DNA from: Escherichia coli
Lineage (GTDB): Bacteria; Pseudomonadota; Gammaproteobacteria; Enterobacterales; Enterobacteriaceae
NCBI RefSeq assembly: GCF_003334815.1
Contig: NZ_QOWO01000038.1
Reading direction: 5' to 3' (one strand)
Length of the DNA: 34,633 bases
The translations under genes were made by a program, and so were the position numbers. Of this stretch, positions 1 through 9,620 are shown one piece after another; the first letter of the stretch is position 1; each line of letters starts with the position of its first letter. Below the pieces are notes generated by a model. The model did no database searches. It was not told the DNA's origin and saw only the letters and a program-made list of their open reading frames with translations.

Positions 1-168
1 TCGAAACGTACTCTCAACAGTTCGCTTAGGCATGGAAGTTTTGCGGCATTCTGGCTACACAATAACAAGGGAAGACTCACTCGTGGCTGCAACCCTGCTT
101 ACTCAAAATCTATTCACACATGGTTACGTTTTGGGGAAATTATGAGGGGATCTCTCAGTACTTTGTAA
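1..168 (+). CDS. 3' end of an upstream gene running into the window (partial; frame ambiguous)
   Basis: Frame 1 is open from the window edge to TAA at 166-168; frame 2 is open to TGA at 143-145. I cannot decide between them without the upstream sequence. A strong hairpin follows immediately. Confidence 0.25.
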   Translation, partial: SKRTLNSSLRHGSFAAFWLHNNKGRLTRGCNPAYSKSIHTWLRFGEIMRGSLSTL

Positions 169-199
169 CAAGCCGGTGCTTTACCCACCGGCTTGTTAC
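165..199. terminator. Perfect 14-bp inverted repeat (GTAACAAGCCGGTG / CACCGGCTTGTTAC) with 7-nt loop; candidate terminator or structured element
   Basis: Read directly from the sequence. No clear T-run follows on the + strand, so intrinsic-terminator function is uncertain. Confidence 0.4.
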
Positions 200-343
200 C
201 CTCTTAAACTATCCCACTAATAATCATGCTTACTTAAGTCAAATTAACCACACTTAGTTAAACAGCCATAAATCCCTAATAAAAATGTATAAATATGAAA
301 AACCATACGATATTCGCTGTCACCGAAAAATAATTACGATGGG

Positions 344-350
344 CTATACT
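344..350 (+). promoter_or_regulatory. Candidate sigma-S/sigma-70 -10 element (C-TATACT) upstream of dosC
   Basis: CTATACT at 344-350 has a C just upstream of the hexamer as in sigma-S promoters; about 160 nt upstream of the dosC start. No transcription-start data. Confidence 0.25.
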
Positions 351-510
351 CTTCTGAAGAACAGTAGCGTAGATTGAAACTGTCCTAAATCGCTTATTTC
401 TTTTCAGTATATCTTCATATTTCAGGAGAATATGGTGCAGTTAGTCGATCTCGCACGTTGCGTTTCATTTTGATTCCGTCTGATTTCCCAGCCTTATAAG
501 GGTGTGAATT

Positions 511-1893
511 ATGGAGATGTATTTTAAAAGAATGAAAGATGAGTGGACCGGACTTGTCGAACAGGCAGATCCGCCCATTCGTGCTAAAGCCGCGGAAATT
601 GCCGTTGCGCATGCTCATTATCTGAGTATCGAGTTTTATCGAATTGTCCGCATCGACCCGCATGCCGAAGAATTCTTGAGTAATGAACAAGTTGAGCGGC
701 AGTTGAAGAGTGCGATGGAACGCTGGATTATTAACGTGCTTTCTGCCCAGGTTGACGATGTCGAAAGGCTAATACAAATCCAGCATACCGTCGCGGAAGT
801 GCATGCCCGCATAGGAATTCCGGTAGAAATTGTCGAGATGGGGTTTCGGGTGCTGAAAAAAATCCTCTATCCGGTGATCTTCTCTTCGGATTATTCCGCC
901 GCAGAAAAACTTCAGGTCTACCATTTCTCGATTAACAGTATTGATATCGCGATGGAAGTGATGACTCGCGCGTTTACCTTTAGTGACAGTAGTGCCTCAA
1001 AGGAAGATGAAAACTATCGTATCTTCTCGTTACTGGAAAACGCCGAAGAAGAAAAAGAACGGCAAATAGCCTCAATACTTTCATGGGAAATAGATATTAT
1101 CTATAAAATCCTGCTGGATTCTGATTTAGGCAGTAGTTTGCCTTTAAGCCAGGCTGATTTTGGCCTGTGGTTTAACCATAAAGGTCGACATTATTTTAGT
1201 GGTATTGCCGAAGTAGGCCATATCTCCCGTCTGATTCAGGATTTCGACGGTATTTTCAATCAAACCATGCGTAACACCAGAAATTTGAATAACAGAAGTC
1301 TGCGGGTGAAATTTTTATTACAGATAAGAAATACCGTATCGCAAATTATTACCTTGCTGCGTGAATTGTTTGAAGAAGTATCGCGCCACGAAGTCGGTAT
1401 GGATGTACTGACGAAATTACTTAACCGCCGTTTCCTACCGACTATCTTCAAACGCGAAATTGCCCATGCCAACCGGACCGGTACACCGCTGTCAGTGCTG
1501 ATTATTGACGTTGATAAATTCAAAGAGATCAACGATACGTGGGGCCATAACACTGGTGATGAAATTCTGCGTAAAGTCTCTCAGGCCTTTTATGACAACG
1601 TCCGCAGTAGTGATTATGTTTTCCGCTACGGGGGCGATGAATTTATCATTGTTTTGACTGAAGCTTCTGAAAACGAAACGTTACGTACCCCAGAACGTAT
1701 TCGCAGTCGGGTGGAGAAAACCAAACTGAAAGCCGCAAACGGCGAAGATATTGCCCTCTCACTTTCCATCGGTGCCGCCATGTTTAATGGTCATCCTGAC
1801 TATGAGCGCCTCATTCAAATAGCCGATGAAGCTCTGTATATCGCCAAAAGACGAGGTAGAAACCGTGTTGAACTCTGGAAAGCCAGTCTTTAG
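511..1893 (+). CDS. dosC: Diguanylate cyclase with N-terminal globin-coupled oxygen sensor and C-terminal GGDEF domain
   Basis: 460-aa ORF; GGDEF signature (RYGGDEF) visible in the translation; sequence recognised as E. coli DosC (YddV). Confidence 0.95.
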   Translation: MEMYFKRMKDEWTGLVEQADPPIRAKAAEIAVAHAHYLSIEFYRIVRIDPHAEEFLSNEQVERQLKSAMERWIINVLSAQVDDVERLIQIQHTVAEVHARIGIPVEIVEMGFRVLKKILYPVIFSSDYSAAEKLQVYHFSINSIDIAMEVMTRAFTFSDSSASKEDENYRIFSLLENAEEEKERQIASILSWEIDIIYKILLDSDLGSSLPLSQADFGLWFNHKGRHYFSGIAEVGHISRLIQDFDGIFNQTMRNTRNLNNRSLRVKFLLQIRNTVSQIITLLRELFEEVSRHEVGMDVLTKLLNRRFLPTIFKREIAHANRTGTPLSVLIIDVDKFKEINDTWGHNTGDEILRKVSQAFYDNVRSSDYVFRYGGDEFIIVLTEASENETLRTPERIRSRVEKTKLKAANGEDIALSLSIGAAMFNGHPDYERLIQIADEALYIAKRRGRNRVELWKASL

Positions 1894-1917
1894 ATGCGCC
1901 AGGATGCAGAGGTAATC

Positions 1918-4317
1918 ATGAAGCTAACCGATGCGGATAATGCCGCCGATGGCATTTTTTTCCCCGCCCTTGAGCAAAATATGATGGGTGCGGTGTTAAT
2001 TAACGAAAATGATGAAGTGATGTTTTTCAACCCCGCCGCAGAGAAGCTCTGGGGATACAAACGTGAAGAAGTCATTGGCAATAACATTGATATGCTGATT
2101 CCGCGGGATTTGCGTCCTGCGCATCCTGAATACATTCGTCACAACCGTGAAGGCGGTAAAGCGCGTGTTGAGGGGATGAGTCGGGAGCTGCAGCTGGAGA
2201 AAAAAGACGGCAGTAAAATCTGGACCCGTTTTGCGCTATCGAAAGTGAGCGCCGAGGGGAAAGTTTATTACCTGGCGCTGGTACGGGATGCCAGCGTAGA
2301 AATGGCGCAAAAAGAACAGACCCGACAATTGATTATTGCCGTTGACCATCTCGACCGACCGGTGATTGTCCTCGATCCGGAACGCCATATTGTGCAGTGC
2401 AATCGCGCATTTACCGAAATGTTTGGTTACTGCATTAGCGAAGCCAGCGGTATGCAGCCCGATACACTCCTGAACATTCCTGAATTCCCTGCCGATAACC
2501 GCATTCGTTTACAACAGTTGCTATGGAAAACCGCCCGCGATCAGGACGAATTTCTGCTGTTGACGCGCACCGGTGAAAAAATCTGGATTAAAGCCTCTAT
2601 CAGCCCGGTTTATGACGTGCTCGCGCATCTGCAGAACCTGGTAATGACTTTCTCGGATATCACCGAAGAACGGCAGATTCGCCAGCTTGAAGGCAATATT
2701 CTCGCCGCCATGTGCAGCAGCCCGCCATTTCATGAAATGGGGGAAATCATTTGTCGTAACATCGAATCTGTACTCAACGAATCGCATGTTTCGCTGTTCG
2801 CACTGCGCAACGGGATGCCGATACACTGGGCGTCATCTTCCCACGGTGCAGAAATTCAAAATGCGCAAAGCTGGTCAGCGACCATTCGTCAGCGTGATGG
2901 CGCGCCTGCGGGGATCCTGCAAATTAAAACCTCGTCAGGAGCAGAAACCAGCGCCTTTATCGAACGCGTGGCAGATATCAGCCAGCATATGGCCGCGCTG
3001 GCGCTGGAACAGGAAAAAAGCCGTCAGCATATTGAACAACTCATCCAATTTGATCCGATGACCGGTCTGCCAAATCGCAATAACCTGCACAATTACCTCG
3101 ATGACCTGGTCGACAAAGCCGTCTCTCCCGTGGTGTATCTCATCGGTGTTGACCATATTCAGGATGTGATTGATAGCCTTGGCTATGCGTGGGCCGATCA
3201 GGCATTGCTGGAAGTGGTCAATCGCTTTCGTGAAAAACTCAAACCGGATCAGTATCTCTGTCGTATCGAAGGTACGCAGTTTGTCCTCGTGAGCCTCGAA
3301 AACGACGTCAGTAACATTACCCAAATCGCCGATGAGCTACGGAATGTGGTCAGCAAGCCGATAATGATTGACGATAAACCCTTCCCGCTTACCTTGAGTA
3401 TTGGCATCAGCTACGACCTGGGTAAAAACCGCGATTACTTGCTCTCCACTGCTCACAATGCAATGGATTATATTCGCAAGAATGGCGGTAACGGCTGGCA
3501 GTTCTTCAGCCCGGCGATGAACGAAATGGTAAAAGAGCGTTTGGTTTTAGGCGCAGCGCTGAAAGAAGCGATTAGCAATAACCAACTGAAACTGGTTTAC
3601 CAGCCGCAAATCTTCGCAGAAACGGGTGAACTGTACGGCATCGAAGCCCTTGCTCGCTGGCACGATCCCCTGCATGGTCATGTGCCCCCTTCACGGTTTA
3701 TTCCTCTCGCAGAAGAGATTGGTGAAATCGAAAATATTGGGCGCTGGGTCATCGCGGAAGCTTGCCGTCAGTTAGCAGAATGGCGTAGCCAGAATATTCA
3801 TATCCCGGCGTTATCCGTGAACTTGTCGGCGCTGCACTTTCGCAGTAATCAACTGCCTAATCAGGTGTCTGATGCAATGCACGCCTGGGGTATTGACGGC
3901 CACCAGCTGACGGTAGAAATCACGGAAAGCATGATGATGGAACACGATACCGAAATCTTTAAGCGCATTCAGATCCTGCGTGATATGGGCGTGGGCTTAT
4001 CGGTAGATGATTTTGGTACGGGCTTTTCCGGATTATCCCGCTTAGTCAGTCTTCCGGTAACGGAAATCAAAATTGACAAAAGTTTTGTCGATCGTTGTCT
4101 GACCGAAAAACGCATCCTTGCCTTACTTGAAGCCATTACCAGCATTGGGCAAAGCCTCAATTTAACCGTCGTGGCGGAAGGCGTCGAAACCAAAGAGCAA
4201 TTTGAGATGCTACGCAAGATCCACTGTCGCGTTATTCAGGGATATTTCTTTTCCCGCCCCCTACCCGCCGAAGAAATTCCAGGCTGGATGAGCAGCGTGT
4301 TACCGCTGAAAATCTGA
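1918..4317 (+). CDS. dosP: Haem-PAS oxygen-sensing c-di-GMP phosphodiesterase (PAS-PAS-GGDEF-EAL)
   Basis: ORF-track frame 1894-4317; start placed at ATG 1918 (MKLTDADNAADG...) giving 799 aa. EAL-domain motifs in the C-terminal half; recognised as E. coli DosP (YddU). Confidence 0.93.
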   Translation: MKLTDADNAADGIFFPALEQNMMGAVLINENDEVMFFNPAAEKLWGYKREEVIGNNIDMLIPRDLRPAHPEYIRHNREGGKARVEGMSRELQLEKKDGSKIWTRFALSKVSAEGKVYYLALVRDASVEMAQKEQTRQLIIAVDHLDRPVIVLDPERHIVQCNRAFTEMFGYCISEASGMQPDTLLNIPEFPADNRIRLQQLLWKTARDQDEFLLLTRTGEKIWIKASISPVYDVLAHLQNLVMTFSDITEERQIRQLEGNILAAMCSSPPFHEMGEIICRNIESVLNESHVSLFALRNGMPIHWASSSHGAEIQNAQSWSATIRQRDGAPAGILQIKTSSGAETSAFIERVADISQHMAALALEQEKSRQHIEQLIQFDPMTGLPNRNNLHNYLDDLVDKAVSPVVYLIGVDHIQDVIDSLGYAWADQALLEVVNRFREKLKPDQYLCRIEGTQFVLVSLENDVSNITQIADELRNVVSKPIMIDDKPFPLTLSIGISYDLGKNRDYLLSTAHNAMDYIRKNGGNGWQFFSPAMNEMVKERLVLGAALKEAISNNQLKLVYQPQIFAETGELYGIEALARWHDPLHGHVPPSRFIPLAEEIGEIENIGRWVIAEACRQLAEWRSQNIHIPALSVNLSALHFRSNQLPNQVSDAMHAWGIDGHQLTVEITESMMMEHDTEIFKRIQILRDMGVGLSVDDFGTGFSGLSRLVSLPVTEIKIDKSFVDRCLTEKRILALLEAITSIGQSLNLTVVAEGVETKEQFEMLRKIHCRVIQGYFFSRPLPAEEIPGWMSSVLPLKI

Positions 4318-4330
4318 CAAATTCCTCTCG

Positions 4331-4348
4331 CCCGCACTCGCGGGTTTT
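4331..4348 (+). terminator. Short GC-rich hairpin (CCCGC-ACTC-GCGGG) followed by TTTT; candidate weak intrinsic terminator after dosP
   Basis: 5-bp stem and T-tract read directly, 14 nt after the dosP stop. Confidence 0.35.
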
Positions 4349-4426
4349 CATTTAACGTGACACTGTCACTTAAATACTGTGATTTCAGCTACGATTCCGG
4401 GAGATTCCTTCCTTAACTTCCCCTCT

Positions 4427-4453
4427 TGCACCAAAACTGCACTACGCTGCACA
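4427..4453 (+). promoter_or_regulatory. Candidate NtrC (enhancer-binding protein) sites: three TGCAC repeats
   Basis: TGCACCAAAACTGCACTACGCTGCACA resembles TGCACC-type NtrC half-sites and lies about 70 bp upstream of a sigma-54-like element. Confidence 0.3.
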
Positions 4454-4514
4454 AATGTTGATCAAAAGTTAAAAAATATAACTTTAAGCCAGCATTCTGG
4501 CGCTTATCCCGGCA

Positions 4515-4530
4515 TGGCATGAGATCTGCA
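4515..4530 (+). promoter_or_regulatory. Sigma-54 (-24/-12) promoter candidate for the ddp operon
   Basis: TGGCAT-N5-CTGCA matches the sigma-54 consensus TGGCAC-N5-TTGCA, with GG and GC correctly spaced; about 45 nt upstream of the ddpX start. Confidence 0.5.
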
Positions 4531-4574
4531 TAAGCGGAAAGCGCAGCAATTTTTGTCTTATACAGGAACCGTTT

Positions 4575-5156
4575 ATGTCGGATACCACCGAACTGGTTGA
4601 TTTAGCCGTAATCTTCCCTGATCTGGAGATCGAATTGAAATACGCCTGCGCTGATAACATCACAGGTAAAGCTATTTATCAGCAAGCGCGTTGTCTGTTA
4701 CACAAGGATGCGATTACCGCGCTGGCGAAAAGTATCAGCATCGCCCAGCTGTCAGGGTTACAACTGGTGATTTACGATGCGTATCGCCCACAACAAGCAC
4801 AGGCGATGTTGTGGCAAGCCTGCCCAGACCCGCAATATGTTGTTGATGTGACGGTCGGTTCTAATCACAGCCGTGGCACGGCGATCGACCTGACGCTTCG
4901 TGATGAGCACGGGAACATCCTCGATATGGGCGCAGGGTTCGATGAAATGCACGAGCGCTCCCATGCCTATCACCCTTCCGTCCCGCCCGCCGCTCAGCGC
5001 AATCGGCTGTTGCTGAATGCGATAATGACTGGTGGCGGTTTTGTCGGTATCTCCAGCGAATGGTGGCACTTCGAATTACCCCAGGCAGCGAGTTACCCTC
5101 TGCTCGCTGATCAATTCTCTTGTTTTATATCCCCTGGCACACAGCACGTCAGTTAA
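4575..5156 (+). CDS. ddpX: D-alanyl-D-alanine dipeptidase (VanX homologue)
   Basis: 193-aa ORF; recognised as E. coli DdpX; SxHxxGxAxD-type zinc-peptidase motif region present (SNHSRGTAIDL). Confidence 0.93.
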   Translation: MSDTTELVDLAVIFPDLEIELKYACADNITGKAIYQQARCLLHKDAITALAKSISIAQLSGLQLVIYDAYRPQQAQAMLWQACPDPQYVVDVTVGSNHSRGTAIDLTLRDEHGNILDMGAGFDEMHERSHAYHPSVPPAAQRNRLLLNAIMTGGGFVGISSEWWHFELPQAASYPLLADQFSCFISPGTQHVS

Positions 5157-5169
5157 TCAGGAAACTGTC

Positions 5170-6720
5170 ATGAAGAGATCGATATCGTTTCGTCCCACAT
5201 TGCTCGCGCTCGTCCTTGCCACAAATTTCCCGGTTGCGCACGCCGCCGTACCAAAAGATATGCTGGTGATTGGTAAGGCCGCCGATCCACAAACCCTCGA
5301 CCCGGCGGTAACAATAGATAATAACGACTGGACAGTGACCTACCCGTCTTATCAGCGGCTGGTTCAGTACAAAACGGACGGTGATAAAGGCTCAACCGAC
5401 GTTGAAGGCGATCTGGCAAGTAGCTGGAAAGCGTCTGACGATCAAAAAGAGTGGACGTTCACCCTGAAAGATAATGCTAAATTTGCCGATGGCACACCTG
5501 TCACTGCCGAAGCAGTAAAACTTTCTTTTGAGCGGCTACTAAAAATCGGCCAGGGGCCAGCAGAAGCATTTCCCAAAGATTTAAAGATTGATGCTCCCGA
5601 CGAACATACGGTGAAGTTTACCCTTAGCCAACCATTCGCACCGTTCCTCTACACGCTGGCGAATGACGGTGCATCCATTATCAATCCGGCGGTCTTAAAG
5701 GAACATGCAGCGGATGATGCTCGCGGCTTCCTCGCGCAAAATACCGCCGGTTCCGGACCATTTATGCTGAAAAGCTGGCAAAAAGGTCAGCAATTAGTTC
5801 TGGTGCCAAATCCGCATTACCCAGGCAATAAACCGAACTTCAAACGGGTATCGGTAAAAATTATTGGTGAAAGTGCCTCCCGTCGCCTGCAGCTCTCCCG
5901 TGGCGACATTGACATTGCCGATGCGCTGCCGGTGGATCAACTCAACGCCCTGAAGCAGGAAAATAAAGTCAATGTGGCAGAGTATCCGTCACTGCGCGTT
6001 ACCTATCTGTATCTGAATAACAGCAAAGCGCCTCTTAATCAGGCGGATCTGCGTCGGGCCATTTCCTGGTCTACCGATTATCAGGGCATGGTTAACGGCA
6101 TTCTGAGTGGTAACGGAAAACAGATGCGCGGCCCGATTCCGGAAGGCATGTGGGGCTACGATGCGACGGCAATGCAATACAACCATGACGAAACGAAAGC
6201 CAAAGCCGAATGGGATAAAGTGACGAGCAAACCCACCAGCCTGACGTTTCTCTACTCCGATAACGATCCGAACTGGGAGCCTATTGCTCTGGCGACACAA
6301 TCCAGTCTCAACAAGCTGGGCATCATTGTGAAGCTGGAAAAGCTGGCGAACGCCACCATGCGCGACAGAGTGGGTAAAGGTGATTACGACATTGCGATTG
6401 GCAACTGGAGTCCGGATTTTGCCGACCCGTATATGTTTATGAATTACTGGTTTGAGTCAGACAAAAAAGGTCTGCCGGGTAACCGCTCGTTCTATGAAAA
6501 CAGTGAGGTCGATAAGTTACTGCGCAATGCGCTTGCGACCACCGACCAGACGCAGCGTACCCGGGACTACCAGCAGGCACAGAAAATCGTCATTGATGAC
6601 GCTGCTTATGTGTACCTGTTCCAGAAAAACTACCAACTGGCGATGAACAAAGAGGTGAAAGGCTTTGTGTTCAATCCCATGCTGGAACAGGTCTTCAATA
6701 TCAATACCATGAGTAAATAA
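5170..6720 (+). CDS. ddpA: Periplasmic dipeptide-binding protein of ABC transporter (family 5 substrate-binding protein)
   Basis: ORF-track frame 5032-6720; start placed at ATG 5170 (MKRSISFRPTLLALVLATNFPVAHA, a signal peptide). The upstream in-frame extension overlaps ddpX and is rejected. Confidence 0.9.
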   Translation: MKRSISFRPTLLALVLATNFPVAHAAVPKDMLVIGKAADPQTLDPAVTIDNNDWTVTYPSYQRLVQYKTDGDKGSTDVEGDLASSWKASDDQKEWTFTLKDNAKFADGTPVTAEAVKLSFERLLKIGQGPAEAFPKDLKIDAPDEHTVKFTLSQPFAPFLYTLANDGASIINPAVLKEHAADDARGFLAQNTAGSGPFMLKSWQKGQQLVLVPNPHYPGNKPNFKRVSVKIIGESASRRLQLSRGDIDIADALPVDQLNALKQENKVNVAEYPSLRVTYLYLNNSKAPLNQADLRRAISWSTDYQGMVNGILSGNGKQMRGPIPEGMWGYDATAMQYNHDETKAKAEWDKVTSKPTSLTFLYSDNDPNWEPIALATQSSLNKLGIIVKLEKLANATMRDRVGKGDYDIAIGNWSPDFADPYMFMNYWFESDKKGLPGNRSFYENSEVDKLLRNALATTDQTQRTRDYQQAQKIVIDDAAYVYLFQKNYQLAMNKEVKGFVFNPMLEQVFNINTMSK

Positions 6721-6721
6721 C

Positions 6722-7744
6722 GTGACCTTCTGGAGTATTTTACGCCAACGCTGCTGGGGGCTGGTGCTCGTGGTGGCGGGCGTCTGCGTGATTACGTTTA
6801 TTATCTCGCATCTGATCCCTGGTGATCCGGCGCGGTTACTGGCGGGTGACCGCGCCAGCGATGCTATCGTGGAAAATATTCGCCAGCAACTGGGACTGGA
6901 CCAGCCACTGTATGTACAGTTTTACCGCTACGTCAGCGACCTGTTTCATGGTGACCTGGGAACATCCATTCGTACCGGGCGTCCGGTGCTGGAAGAGTTG
7001 CGTATATTTTTCCCGGCGACGCTGGAGCTGGCTTTTGGTGCCCTGCTGCTGGCACTCCTGATTGGCATCCCGCTGGGCATACTCTCTGCAGTCTGGCGAA
7101 ATCGCTGGCTGGATCATCTGGTGCGAATAATGGCCATTACCGGAATCTCCACACCTGCGTTCTGGCTTGGGCTGGGCGTCATTGTGCTGTTTTATGGTCA
7201 TCTGCAAATTCTTCCCGGCGGCGGAAGGCTTGATGACTGGCTGGATCCACCAACGCACGTTACCGGCTTTTATCTGCTCGATGCGCTGCTTGAAGGCAAC
7301 GGTGAAGTCTTCTTCAATGCGTTGCAACATCTCATCTTACCGGCATTAACGCTGGCGTTCGTTCACCTGGGAATTGTCGCTCGCCAGATCCGCTCAGCGA
7401 TGCTGGAACAATTGAGTGAAGACTACATTCGTACCGCCCGGGCCAGCGGCTTGCCCGGCTGGTATATCGTTTTATGTTATGCGCTACCCAATGCGTTGAT
7501 CCCATCGATTACCGTATTGGGTTTGGCGCTGGGCGATTTGTTGTATGGCGCAGTGCTCACCGAAACCGTTTTTGCCTGGCCCGGAATGGGTGCATGGGTA
7601 GTAACATCAATACAGGCGCTCGACTTCCCGGCAGTGATGGGCTTTGCCGTCGTGGTTTCATTTGCTTATGTGCTGGTCAACCTGGTGGTGGATTTGCTCT
7701 ATTTGTGGATTGATCCGCGTATCGGACGTGGAGGTGGTGAATGA
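6722..7744 (+). CDS. ddpB: ABC transporter permease (DppB/OppB family)
   Basis: 340-aa ORF, GTG start 1 nt after the ddpA stop; multi-pass hydrophobic protein. Confidence 0.9.
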   Translation: MTFWSILRQRCWGLVLVVAGVCVITFIISHLIPGDPARLLAGDRASDAIVENIRQQLGLDQPLYVQFYRYVSDLFHGDLGTSIRTGRPVLEELRIFFPATLELAFGALLLALLIGIPLGILSAVWRNRWLDHLVRIMAITGISTPAFWLGLGVIVLFYGHLQILPGGGRLDDWLDPPTHVTGFYLLDALLEGNGEVFFNALQHLILPALTLAFVHLGIVARQIRSAMLEQLSEDYIRTARASGLPGWYIVLCYALPNALIPSITVLGLALGDLLYGAVLTETVFAWPGMGAWVVTSIQALDFPAVMGFAVVVSFAYVLVNLVVDLLYLWIDPRIGRGGGE

Positions 7745-8637
7745 TGCTAAGCGAGGAAACGTCCGCCGTACGCCCACAAAAACAAACGCGATTTAACGGT
7801 GCAAAACTGGTATGGATGCTGAAAGGCAGTCCGCTCACCGTGACCAGCGCAGTCATCATTGTATTAATGCTATTGATGATGATTTTTTCACCGTGGCTGG
7901 CGACGCATGATCCCAACGCCATTGATTTAACCGCCCGCCTTTTGCCGCCTTCTGCGGCGCACTGGTTTGGCACCGATGAAGTGGGACGCGATCTGTTTAG
8001 CCGCGTACTGGTCGGCAGTCAGCAATCAATTCTCGCCGGATTAGTCGTGGTTGCCATTGCGGGTATGATTGGTTCGCTACTCGGATGTCTATCCGGTGTG
8101 CTTGGTGGACGCGCAGACGCCATCATCATGCGCATCATGGACATTATGCTGTCGATTCCTTCGTTGGTACTGACAATGGCACTGGCTGCCGCTCTCGGGC
8201 CGAGTTTGTTTAACGCCATGCTGGCTATTGCTATTGTGCGAATTCCCTTTTATGTGCGCCTGGCGCGGGGGCAAGCATTAGTTGTACGCCAGTATACCTA
8301 TGTTCAGGCGGCGAAAACCTTTGGCGCGTCTCGTTGGCATCTGATCAACTGGCATATTTTACGTAACTCCCTACCGCCGCTGATCGTGCAGGCATCGCTG
8401 GATATCGGTAGCGCGATTTTAATGGCCGCCACGTTGGGATTTATTGGCCTGGGTGCTCAACAACCGAGTGCTGAATGGGGCGCGATGGTAGCAAATGGTC
8501 GCAACTATGTACTCGATCAGTGGTGGTATTGCGCATTTCCGGGGGCAGCGATTTTGCTTACCGCCGTCGGGTTTAATCTCTTTGGTGATGGTATTCGCGA
8601 TCTGCTTGACCCGAAAGCAGGAGGAAAGCAGTCATGA
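7741..8637 (+). CDS. ddpC: ABC transporter permease (DppC/OppC family)
   Basis: 298-aa ORF; start overlaps the ddpB stop (ATGA), suggesting translational coupling. Confidence 0.9.
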   Translation: MMLSEETSAVRPQKQTRFNGAKLVWMLKGSPLTVTSAVIIVLMLLMMIFSPWLATHDPNAIDLTARLLPPSAAHWFGTDEVGRDLFSRVLVGSQQSILAGLVVVAIAGMIGSLLGCLSGVLGGRADAIIMRIMDIMLSIPSLVLTMALAAALGPSLFNAMLAIAIVRIPFYVRLARGQALVVRQYTYVQAAKTFGASRWHLINWHILRNSLPPLIVQASLDIGSAILMAATLGFIGLGAQQPSAEWGAMVANGRNYVLDQWWYCAFPGAAILLTAVGFNLFGDGIRDLLDPKAGGKQS

Positions 8638-9620
8638 CCCAACCCGTTCTGGACATTCAACAACTGCATTTGAGTTTCCCCGGTTTTAACGGTGATGTTC
8701 ACGCGCTCAACAATGTGTCCTTGCAGATTAACCGCGGTGAAATTGTCGGTCTGGTGGGAGAATCCGGCTCAGGTAAATCAGTCACCGCAATGCTGATTAT
8801 GCGTCTGCTACCGACGGGCAGTTATTGCGTACATCGGGGGCAGATTTCCCTGCTGGGAGAAGATGTTCTTAACGCGCGGGAAAAACAGCTTCGTCAGTGG
8901 CGCGGCGCACGAGTGGCGATGATCTTTCAGGAACCGATGACCGCCCTCAATCCGACACGTCGAATAGGTCTTCAGATGATGGACGTGATCCGCCATCATC
9001 AACCAATAAGTCGTCGGGAAGCCAGAGCTAAAGCGATTGACCTGCTGGAAGAGATGCAAATCCCGGATGCCGTGGAAGTTATGTCGCGCTATCCGTTTGA
9101 GCTTTCAGGTGGTATGCGCCAGCGGGTAATGATTGCGCTGGCATTCTCCTGCGAGCCGCAATTGATTATTGCCGACGAACCGACTACGGCGCTGGACGTC
9201 ACGGTGCAGTTGCAGGTACTGCGTTTGCTTAAACATAAAGCCCGCGCCAGTGGAACTGCGGTTCTGTTCATCAGCCATGATATGGCCGTGGTGTCGCAAC
9301 TGTGCGATAGCGTTTACGTGATGTATGTCGGAAGCGTAATTGAAAGCGGCGTGACGGCAGACGTTATCCATCATCCCCGGCATCCGTATACCATTGGTTT
9401 GCTGCAATGCGCACCAGAACATGGAGTACCACGCCAGCTATTACCCGCCATTCCAGGGACGGTACCAAACCTCACCCATTTGCCTGACGGCTGCGCTTTT
9501 CGCGATCGTTGCTATGCGGCAGGTGCACAGTGTGAAAACGTCCCGGCGCTGACAGCGTGTGGTGACAACAACCAGCGCTGTGCCTGTTGGTATCCGCAGC
9601 AGGAGGTTATAAGTGTCTGA
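8634..9620 (+). CDS. ddpD: ABC transporter ATP-binding protein
   Basis: 328-aa ORF; Walker A (GESGSGKS) and LSGGMRQR signature visible; start overlaps the ddpC stop. Confidence 0.92.
   Translation: MTQPVLDIQQLHLSFPGFNGDVHALNNVSLQINRGEIVGLVGESGSGKSVTAMLIMRLLPTGSYCVHRGQISLLGEDVLNAREKQLRQWRGARVAMIFQEPMTALNPTRRIGLQMMDVIRHHQPISRREARAKAIDLLEEMQIPDAVEVMSRYPFELSGGMRQRVMIALAFSCEPQLIIADEPTTALDVTVQLQVLRLLKHKARASGTAVLFISHDMAVVSQLCDSVYVMYVGSVIESGVTADVIHHPRHPYTIGLLQCAPEHGVPRQLLPAIPGTVPNLTHLPDGCAFRDRCYAAGAQCENVPALTACGDNNQRCACWYPQQEVISV

Noticed and set aside
415-690. 91-aa minus-strand ORF overlapping the dosC start
   Set aside because: It overlaps the well-supported dosC N-terminus on the opposite strand, with no RBS or conserved features.
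5032-5169. N-terminal 46-codon extension of ddpA
   Set aside because: It overlaps the ddpX 3' end, lacks an RBS, and would place the signal peptide internally; the ATG at 5170 gives a canonical signal-peptide N-terminus.
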